A DNA stretch of 64,000 nt from Candidatus Latescibacterota bacterium (lineage in GTDB: Bacteria; Latescibacterota; UBA2968; UBA8231): assembly GCA_965223905.1 (NCBI GenBank), contig CBDCXV010000011.1, positions 1,728,001 to 1,792,000 on the forward strand, read 5' to 3'. The first letter of the stretch is position 1, and each line of letters starts with the position of its first letter. Made by a program: the position numbers and the translations under genes. Below the pieces are notes generated by a model. That model did no database searches. It saw only the letters and a program-made list of their open reading frames with translations, and had not been told where the DNA came from. This document shows, piece by piece, positions 17,791 to 25,211 of this stretch.

Positions 17791-18669
17791 CTAGCGGAAC
17801 CGGGACTTCAAGCGGCCCCAGGTCTTGCTCTCCACCGCCGTGGCCATGGCGCTGGTGACATCGGTGTCCAGCTCCCAGTCAGGAGCCGTATTGCTGTGGG
17901 CAGCTCCTACTCCGAGGGACCACCAGCCGTCGTTCTTCCACCGGCCATTGGGGTACTGCTCGGCTCGGTCGCTCAATTCGGCGTCGTCGTCCGTCATGAT
18001 CATCTCCCAATGGATGGTCTCGCCCGGATCGAGCGTGGACTGGACAGAGCCGTTGTCGTTTCCGTCGCCATCCAGCGCCAATACGTCAAAAGGAGCGAAT
18101 TCCACTTCGTAGTAATAAGTGCTCTCGCCGAACTCCTCGCCCTCGAAAGTGACGGCGTAATTCAAGTACTCCGGATCATGATGGAACCCGGGTTGGGGTC
18201 CGCCGCCAGCATGGGACACACCATTCACTGGAGGCCACGTGATATTCCACCAGCCGAAACCGTAGTCCCCGCCAGTGTCGACACTGTGATCGGCGTCCGT
18301 GAAGAACTCGTAGCTGTCGTCATTGCAGGCGCAGTCCGTGCCGTCGGGGTCATCTCTCACGTGAATGTCGTCGAACGCCCAGGCGGCCGCGTACAACTTA
18401 TCGTTGCTGGCGTTGTAGCCCCCCCAATAACCAAAGTCCAGGTCCGCCTTGTCGATTTCAGTGTTCCAGTCGGCTGGGGGCCCATTACCATCCTCGATCA
18501 GAACCTGGAAATAATCGGGAAGCGCTTGCCACTCGCCTATGTCCCCATCGATCGTGGGCAACCCATCGTCGGGAAACTGAACGGCCAGAAACGGGCCGGA
18601 GCCTTGGTGTGCAGACGCCGGTATGGCCATTATGGCCACGGCCAGCGGCAGCAAAAGCAGCTTTCGCAT
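17791..18669 (-). CDS. secreted acidic CBM9/DOMON-like protein with C-terminal TAVESKTWGRLKSRFR tail
   Basis: AGGAGG RBS; signal peptide MRKLLLLPLAVAIMAIPASA; PTIDGDIGEW, LYAAAWAFDD, DSYEFFTD, YYYEVEF motifs. Confidence 0.8.
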   Translation of the reverse strand: MRKLLLLPLAVAIMAIPASAHQGSGPFLAVQFPDDGLPTIDGDIGEWQALPDYFQVLIEDGNGPPADWNTEIDKADLDFGYWGGYNASNDKLYAAAWAFDDIHVRDDPDGTDCACNDDSYEFFTDADHSVDTGGDYGFGWWNITWPPVNGVSHAGGGPQPGFHHDPEYLNYAVTFEGEEFGESTYYYEVEFAPFDVLALDGDGNDNGSVQSTLDPGETIHWEMIMTDDDAELSDRAEQYPNGRWKNDGWWSLGVGAAHSNTAPDWELDTDVTSAMATAVESKTWGRLKSRFR

Positions 18670-18741
18670 GGTTCCAATCCTCCTGAGAGAGAGTATCTGT
18701 TGCTGCACTTAAGTGCACCTGCATTCTGCAGGGAGGCATAT

Positions 18742-18769
18742 ATCATAAAAAAAATCAAGCTTGTGTCAA
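18742..18769 (-). promoter_or_regulatory. sigma70-type promoter for the leftward cluster
   Basis: TTGACA (18769-18764), 16-nt spacer, TATGAT (18747-18742), in an AT-rich divergent intergenic region. Confidence 0.7.
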
Positions 18770-18888
18770 GAACAATTTTCATACAGGGATATTGCCTTAA
18801 CATATTATTTTACAATGAGATATGGCGAAATAGGGCATTTATCACAGCTCGTTCTCGAACCGCTCTCGCGCGAGGGGGGGGGGATTCG

Positions 18889-18917
18889 TTGACAGTTTCC
18901 ACCAATCCGGGTACCCT
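18889..18917 (+). promoter_or_regulatory. sigma70-type promoter for the rightward genes
   Basis: TTGACA (18889-18894), 17-nt spacer, TACCCT (18912-18917). Confidence 0.6.
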
Positions 18918-18958
18918 CAACGCCCTTCCGCGGCCATCCTTCCTGCCCGAGGCCCGTC

Positions 18959-20908
18959 CTGAACACGAAAACCCCCTCCCTCAAACCTACCTGTCGCGCA
19001 CTGATCCTCGGCGCCCTGGGAGCGGCCGCCATCGGCAGCGCGGTGCCCTACTGCAACATGGTCCTCCACGGCTCCCGCATCGCCTCCTATTTCAACACCC
19101 CCGCCGCCATCATCCTCTTTTTCTTCCTGGTCCTGTTCTTCAACCCTCTCCTGGGCCTGCTGCGCCGCTCCTGGATGCTGAGCCGAGCCGAGCTGGCCCT
19201 CGTCTACATCATGTGGATCGTCGCCACCGCCATTCCCGAATGGGGATTCACCTCCTTCCTGCTCCCCGACATCACCGGCGTCGTCTACTACGCATCGCCC
19301 GAAAACGAGTGGAGCAAGCTGCTGTTGCCGCACATACCGCAGTGGATCATGCCGTTCCGGGAATTCAACGAGGTACAGGATTTCTACGAGGGCGCGCCCC
19401 TGGGACAGGGTATTCCGTGGGGGATGTGGTGGCCGCCATTGCTCTACTGGCTCTCCTTCATCACCGCCGTGTACCTGGCCATGATCTCGATCACCGTCAT
19501 CCTGCGCAGGCAGTGGGTCGAGCGCGAGCGCCTCGTCTATCCCCTGGTGCAGTTGCCCATCGCCATGATTCAGGACGACGACGAGCGGCCAGGCATCATC
19601 AGGCCGTTCTTCAAAAGCCCGGTAATGTGGGTCGGCTTCGCCGTTCCCGCCGTCCTGCAGAGCCTCAACGGCCTGCATCACTACTTTCCCCACATCCCGG
19701 GAGTCTCTCTGTACGGCATCTCGATTCCCCTCTTCCGCGACTCGGTGCACGTGCCCCTGAACGTGAGTTTCCAGATGCTCGGCTTCTCCTACTTCATCAA
19801 CAGGGAGATAGCCTTCGGCCTCTGTTTCTTCTACCTGCTCAACACCGTCGAGCAGGGCGTCCTCAACGTGCTCGGCGTTCAGGAATTCGATCCGCTCCTG
19901 GGCAACTACAGCGCCTACACGGGCAGCATCGTCGTGCACCAGGGCTTCGGCGCCGTCATCATGCTCGTCCTGTTCGGCCTGTGGACGGGCCGCGGCCACC
20001 TGCGCCAGGTTTTCGGCAAGGCCCTTTCTTCCGCAAGCGAGGTCGACGACTCGGGCGAGATCCTCTCCTACCGGGCAGCCGTACTCCTGCTGATCGGCAG
20101 CCTGCTCTTCGTCGGCGTCTGGTTGTGGCAGTCGGGGCTGCCGGGCTGGGTTACGCCGATCTACCTGTTTTTCGCCTTCGTCCTCTTCATCGGCATCACC
20201 CGCGTGGTCGCCGAAGGCGGGCTGGCCTTCATCTTCGCCCCGATGATCGCCTCCGATTTCGTCACGGGCGGCTTCGGCACGCGCGTCCTGGGTGCCCCCG
20301 GCATCATGGCCTTCGCCTTCACCTACATCTGGGCCAGCGATATTCTGACCTTCGTGATGGCCTCCTCTGCCAATGCCCTGAAACTTGCGGCGGAAACCAT
20401 ACGCAAGGGCATGCGCCTGATCTTCTGGGCAATGCTGGTGGCGATCGTGGTGACCCTTTGCAGCTCGGTCTGGGCGATACTGGAGTTGAGCTACCGCTAC
20501 GGCGGCGTCAACGCGGACGTGTTTTTCCGGGGGTCGGCCCAACTCCCCTTCCAGATCGCCGCGGCCAGGCTCGAGACCATCCAAGGTCCTCACTGGCAGA
20601 ACTGGGGCTACACCGCCATCGGCGCCGCCGTCATGGGCCTGCTGATGCTGGGCCGCCAGCGCTTTTCCTGGTGGCCCATCCACCCGTTGGGCTTTCCCAC
20701 CAGCGCCGTTTTCGGCATGATGTTCTTCAGCGTCTTCCTGGCATGGGTCATCAAGTCCGTGGTGATGAAATACGGTGGAATCCAACTCTACCTGCGCAGC
20801 CGCCCCTTCTTCATGGGGTTGATCCTGGGCCAGTTCGTCACCGCCGGCATCTGGTACGGGATCGACTACCTGGTGGGAGGAAGCTTCAACCCGGTGATGA
20901 TGTTTTGA
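18959..20908 (+). CDS. DUF6785/DUF6784-type polytopic membrane protein (putative transporter), copy 1
   Basis: Motifs ELALVY, RRQWVERERLVYPL, RVVAEGG, WWPIHPLGF, YGG..LY...RPFF.GLILG. Start placed at CTG 18959 by comparison with copy 2 (the track gives GTG 19043). Confidence 0.8.
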   Translation: MNTKTPSLKPTCRALILGALGAAAIGSAVPYCNMVLHGSRIASYFNTPAAIILFFFLVLFFNPLLGLLRRSWMLSRAELALVYIMWIVATAIPEWGFTSFLLPDITGVVYYASPENEWSKLLLPHIPQWIMPFREFNEVQDFYEGAPLGQGIPWGMWWPPLLYWLSFITAVYLAMISITVILRRQWVERERLVYPLVQLPIAMIQDDDERPGIIRPFFKSPVMWVGFAVPAVLQSLNGLHHYFPHIPGVSLYGISIPLFRDSVHVPLNVSFQMLGFSYFINREIAFGLCFFYLLNTVEQGVLNVLGVQEFDPLLGNYSAYTGSIVVHQGFGAVIMLVLFGLWTGRGHLRQVFGKALSSASEVDDSGEILSYRAAVLLLIGSLLFVGVWLWQSGLPGWVTPIYLFFAFVLFIGITRVVAEGGLAFIFAPMIASDFVTGGFGTRVLGAPGIMAFAFTYIWASDILTFVMASSANALKLAAETIRKGMRLIFWAMLVAIVVTLCSSVWAILELSYRYGGVNADVFFRGSAQLPFQIAAARLETIQGPHWQNWGYTAIGAAVMGLLMLGRQRFSWWPIHPLGFPTSAVFGMMFFSVFLAWVIKSVVMKYGGIQLYLRSRPFFMGLILGQFVTAGIWYGIDYLVGGSFNPVMMF

Positions 20909-20974
20909 CAGCTTTTCCCGAACCGAATGATTTGTCGCTTAACCGGATCATTTCTCGCTTCCGAGGTTAGAAGA

Positions 20975-22621
20975 ATGACGAGTTCCGAAGGTTTGAAACC
21001 GCGCGGCAGCCGCCGCATCCTGTACGTCAGCGATCCTTCCAGCGTCGCCTCCCGTTACCTCCCGGATCCGGTTCGGGAAGAGGATCTGAGAGGCTGGATC
21101 GACGCCGTCGCTGCCGCCGAAATCGATACGTTCGTCCAGGAGGTGTATACCCAGGGATGGTCCGTGTACTGGCGAGGAGACGATTTCGAGTACGACGCGC
21201 GGCCTCAACACCGGCGATTCCTGCCCTTGCTCGACTCCGGCGTGCAGCCCTTCGAGGTCCTCGTCGACCAATGCCATCGCCGCGGCATCGAGTGTTTTGC
21301 CGGTTTTCGCGTCAACGACAACCACGGCGCCGTCTCCACCGCCCAGGGGGTCGGGGCCGGGGCCGGATTCATCGTCGACAACCCCCGGTTCCTGATCGCG
21401 GAGTGTCCGCCGGAGGGTGAGCATTATCACGAAAGCACGCCCCTGGACTTCACCCACGACGAGGTACGTGACTTCATCGTCTCGGTGGTGACCGATGTGG
21501 CGCGGCGCTTCGCCGTCGACGGGGTCGAGCTGTGCTACCGCGACCACCGCTACTTTCCACCGGACCCCGGGAACGACCGCCGCGATCTGATGACCAGCAT
21601 GCTGGGGCGGATCCGCGCCGTCCTCGACGAACCTTCCCGGCACTCGGGCAAGCCGAGGGTGTTCGGGGCGCGCGTGTTTTCCTCGCTGGAGGAATGCCGC
21701 AACATGGGCCTCGACGTCGAGGAGTGGATTCGCGGCGCCACGGTCGATTACATCGCGCCGGCCGATATCATGCACGCCGATTTCAACGTCGCCTACGAGG
21801 AGTTCGCCGAGCTCACCCGGTCATCCGACTGCATGCTCTACCCCGGAATAATGCCCTGGACCAGCGTCGGGGCCCGCCGCCGCCTGAAACAGGAGCCGAT
21901 TTCCCACGATACCCGGCGCGCGCTGGCCCGGAACATGTACGGCGCCGGGGCGGACGGCATCTCTTTGTACAACCACTTCGAGTGCATGCATGGAGGGTAC
22001 GACTGGGGTGAGGCACACGCTCCCTTCTACCCCTTTGCCCTGTTCGATGCCTGCGACCTGAAGCCGGAACGGGTCCTTCAGGGTCGCCGGCACTACATAT
22101 TCGACGCCACCTGGGGAGGGTACATGGGATTCGGGCGGGACCGCACCTCCACTGGTGCCGTCAAGGCGCAGCGAGTCGTTCTCCACCGGACTTCGCTTCC
22201 GTCATCCGGGACCTATCGCTTTGCAGTTCGTGAGCACCTGAACGAGGCCAAGGCCGCCATGCTGCTCTTCCGCTGCGCCCACATGACGCTCCGCGATCAC
22301 CTGAAAGTTGCCGTCAACGGCACCGCGATTCCCCCCGCCGACCTGCGGATTCGCGACAACGAAGTGCGCGTCGATTTTCGCGGGCCCCTCGACGAAGAAA
22401 AGGTCGCGGCACAAATGCGTGAGGGGTATTCGCGGGAAGTGGCCGAGAGCCTTCAGCCCGCCCCCGATCCTCCGTTTGCGACCTGCTGGATGGCGCTTAG
22501 CGCTCCCCCGGCGGTCTGGGGCTGGAACGAGCTGCTGGTCGAGCTGGTCGCCGCCGACCCGGAGGCAGATGGAGACATCGTCATCGAGGAAGTGGAAGTC
22601 TTCGTGGTACCGAAGGCGTGA
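20975..22621 (+). CDS. GHL10/DUF187-like TIM-barrel glycoside-hydrolase-like protein
   Basis: CHRRGIECFAGFRVND, LDFTHDEVR, DGVEL, GLDVEEWI, GADGISLYN motifs; no signal peptide. Confidence 0.65.
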   Translation: MTSSEGLKPRGSRRILYVSDPSSVASRYLPDPVREEDLRGWIDAVAAAEIDTFVQEVYTQGWSVYWRGDDFEYDARPQHRRFLPLLDSGVQPFEVLVDQCHRRGIECFAGFRVNDNHGAVSTAQGVGAGAGFIVDNPRFLIAECPPEGEHYHESTPLDFTHDEVRDFIVSVVTDVARRFAVDGVELCYRDHRYFPPDPGNDRRDLMTSMLGRIRAVLDEPSRHSGKPRVFGARVFSSLEECRNMGLDVEEWIRGATVDYIAPADIMHADFNVAYEEFAELTRSSDCMLYPGIMPWTSVGARRRLKQEPISHDTRRALARNMYGAGADGISLYNHFECMHGGYDWGEAHAPFYPFALFDACDLKPERVLQGRRHYIFDATWGGYMGFGRDRTSTGAVKAQRVVLHRTSLPSSGTYRFAVREHLNEAKAAMLLFRCAHMTLRDHLKVAVNGTAIPPADLRIRDNEVRVDFRGPLDEEKVAAQMREGYSREVAESLQPAPDPPFATCWMALSAPPAVWGWNELLVELVAADPEADGDIVIEEVEVFVVPKA

Positions 22622-22808
22622 GCGGGTACCGGCGAGCCTGCGTCCCGGACTGCCGAGGCATGTCGGTGTCGCGGCATGAAACTTGGCTCTGCCCCAAGCA
22701 GGCCGGTCCGGGGAAAGGGGACGCCGCCAACGATTTCGTCTATCGGGTGAGTATCGGACACGTCAGTATGGCCAATCAGCAGTTCTCGCAATCCTGGAGC
22801 AGGAGGTC

Positions 22809-24131
22809 ATGGATATGGTGCTCATGCGGGCGGGGCTTGTCGTGGTATTGAGCGTTTCCGCGTGGGGAAAACCACCCCCACCGGTCGAGCGGGTCGAAAT
22901 CCGCGACGAAGGGCTCTACGTGAATGGGGCGCCTTTCTTCCCGGTCGGCATCGCCTGGGCGGCGCACTGGCATTTCTCTCTGCCCGAGGCGGGAGAAAAA
23001 GGCTTCAACATGGTAAACACCCACGGGCACCGAACCGACCCGGGAAGCTTTCGCGCCGATGTCGACGACGCCTACGCCAACGGCATGTACGCGGCGGTTC
23101 ATCTGGGCAACGGCATCTGCCGCAACCTCGAGCAGGTCGAACAGATAGTTCGGGCGGTTCGCGATGCCCCCGGCCTGCTGGTGTGGGATCTGGAAGACGA
23201 GCCGAATATCCGCAACCCCGGACCAGATGACGAAGGCAAGCCGCATCTCGATCTGCCTTACACGATGCCGCCGGAGGAGCTTCTGCCGGCATACGAGTTG
23301 ATCAAGAGGCTGGATCCCGACCACCCGGTGTGGCTCAACCTGGCCTACGGCTACGAGAAGGACCACCGCGAATACCGGCATGTGGCCGACATCCACTCCG
23401 ACGACGTCTATCCCGTTCCGCTGTTTCCGCTGACCCACATGGCCCAATTCTCCGACGCCGTCGTCAAGGGTGCCGGTGCGGGTACAGAAGGCAAGCTGGG
23501 ATGGATGTACGTGCAGATGGCGCCGATCCAGGGGGGAGAAGGGGATCGGCCCCCGACCATGACGGAGGTCCGCTGCATGACCTACATGGCCGTCGCCCAC
23601 GGCATCAGCGGCGTCGCCTACTTCAGCTTCCACTACGGGACCGGCGACGAGGAGTGGTGGGTGAACGAATCGTCCCCGGGCTACTGGGCGCAGTGGGCGG
23701 ACCTGACGGCGGAGTTGCGCACCCTGGCCCCCTACCTGGTGACGCCGGAGGCGAGTGAGCCATTCGAGGTCGAAATCATCGAGGGCCCCGGCGACGCCGA
23801 CGAGATCAAAACCGACATGCATGCGGAGGAACTGGCTTACAGGGCCCTGCACCTGTCCCTGCGGCAAACCCCCGGCGGTTACTTCCTGATCGCCGTCAAC
23901 GGCCTCGACGAGCCGGTTCGGGCCCGCTTCACACTGCCGGTAGCGGACGCCGGACTGGCGCCGCGCGCCTCCGTGCGCTTCGAAAACCGGCTGGTCGATG
24001 TCGCAGGAGGGGTGTTCGAAGATTCATTCGCGGGGTATGCCGTGCACCTGTACGAAATTCCCTTCGAGACGGAGATCGATCGCGAAAACGTGCGCTGGCC
24101 GCGGTGGCAGCGCCGGGAGAGCGGGTATTGA
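22809..24131 (+). CDS. secreted TIM-barrel glycoside-hydrolase-like protein
   Basis: AGGAGG RBS; signal peptide; VNGAPFFPVG, WDLEDEP, LDPDHP, DVYP, YMAVAHGISGVAYF. Confidence 0.65.
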   Translation: MDMVLMRAGLVVVLSVSAWGKPPPPVERVEIRDEGLYVNGAPFFPVGIAWAAHWHFSLPEAGEKGFNMVNTHGHRTDPGSFRADVDDAYANGMYAAVHLGNGICRNLEQVEQIVRAVRDAPGLLVWDLEDEPNIRNPGPDDEGKPHLDLPYTMPPEELLPAYELIKRLDPDHPVWLNLAYGYEKDHREYRHVADIHSDDVYPVPLFPLTHMAQFSDAVVKGAGAGTEGKLGWMYVQMAPIQGGEGDRPPTMTEVRCMTYMAVAHGISGVAYFSFHYGTGDEEWWVNESSPGYWAQWADLTAELRTLAPYLVTPEASEPFEVEIIEGPGDADEIKTDMHAEELAYRALHLSLRQTPGGYFLIAVNGLDEPVRARFTLPVADAGLAPRASVRFENRLVDVAGGVFEDSFAGYAVHLYEIPFETEIDRENVRWPRWQRRESGY

Positions 24132-24272
24132 CGCCCGCTAATCCTCGACGCGTTCTCTCGGCCACGGTTGCCCCCGGCAGAACCTCGCCCAGACGGAGAA
24201 CCCCCTGCCCCTGAACCGGGTCGTGCAGCGAGTCGGCATGGTTCTTTCGCCGGATCACCGGCATGCTCCGAC

Positions 24273-24304
24273 AGCGGGGGAGGGTCGTTTCATCCCCCGC
24301 TTTT
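24273..24304 (+). terminator. intrinsic-terminator-like hairpin
   Basis: 9-bp stem agcggggga / tcccccgct followed by ttt. Confidence 0.5.
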
Positions 24305-24330
24305 GCGGTTCGATCCCATGAGGAGTCGTC

Positions 24331-25035
24331 ATGAGACCGCTTGACTACGGCCATTCGTTCCTGCTCGGCAAGGGACCGGACAACGAAGTACGCATGTGGG
24401 TGGAATCCCGCACGCGGATAACGGACGAGAGCACAGGCGTGAGCGAAGACTACGTCCAGACCGGCTCCTGCAAGAGCGAAGAGGTCTTTGTCGAACGGAA
24501 TCTTTTCAAGGAGCCAAACTACGATTTCATGGCGATCTACGGACCGGATCAATCCATCGTCTTCCGGCGCCTGGCACACGCGCACGAGCACTACAAAAGC
24601 TGCGTGCCGTCGCGCGACTTCTTCGGTGGACAGAAATACCTCCTGGTCGCAGGCGGCGAAGTGGTCGAGCTCGAGGATGGCCGGGCGATCTGCGCCGCAA
24701 CCTACGCTGGCGATCCGCTCGTTGCCCAGACGGAGGTCTGGAACGACGAGACCGGGCTTCGGGCAGTCATCGAGTACCCGGTCAAGTCGATGAACACCAA
24801 CCGCGAGCAGAGCGCTTACCAGGTGGATACCGGACCTGTTGCATTTCCCGACCTGAGTGCACGGCGCCAACGGCATGCCGACGGGATCTCACTGGCCTTC
24901 GTCGCCTTCAATGCCCCGCACTTCGCCGAGTTCGTCCTCGAGGTGCCGACGGAGGTGGGAAGCGAGGAGGTTCATCACTATTCGCAGGTGCTCCGCCTGC
25001 CGGCGAACAACCGGCTCTATTCGGTGTCCGGATGA
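24331..25035 (+). CDS. hypothetical cytoplasmic protein (234 aa)
   Basis: GAGGAG RBS; coding-like codon usage; no recognised family. Confidence 0.75.
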   Translation: MRPLDYGHSFLLGKGPDNEVRMWVESRTRITDESTGVSEDYVQTGSCKSEEVFVERNLFKEPNYDFMAIYGPDQSIVFRRLAHAHEHYKSCVPSRDFFGGQKYLLVAGGEVVELEDGRAICAATYAGDPLVAQTEVWNDETGLRAVIEYPVKSMNTNREQSAYQVDTGPVAFPDLSARRQRHADGISLAFVAFNAPHFAEFVLEVPTEVGSEEVHHYSQVLRLPANNRLYSVSG

Positions 25036-25211
25036 ACTCTCGAACCATCCCCCGGAGACTCCGGATGAACCGGCCCGGTTGAACACGGATCGGCCTTCCC
25101 CCCTCCGATCTGCCATTCGCCAACACATCATCGCCTTGGGTACGGTCATCGGCGGCAAGGTGGCCTCGCCGAACGGGGTTTGCCGGTGGGTGGCGCTCGC
25201 CTTCCGATGCG

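Noticed and set aside
17755-20970. 1071-aa ORF crossing the AT-rich divergent spacer
   Set aside because: Antisense to 17791..18669, then an off-frame Pro/Arg-rich shadow of the DUF6785 gene; it also spans two promoters.
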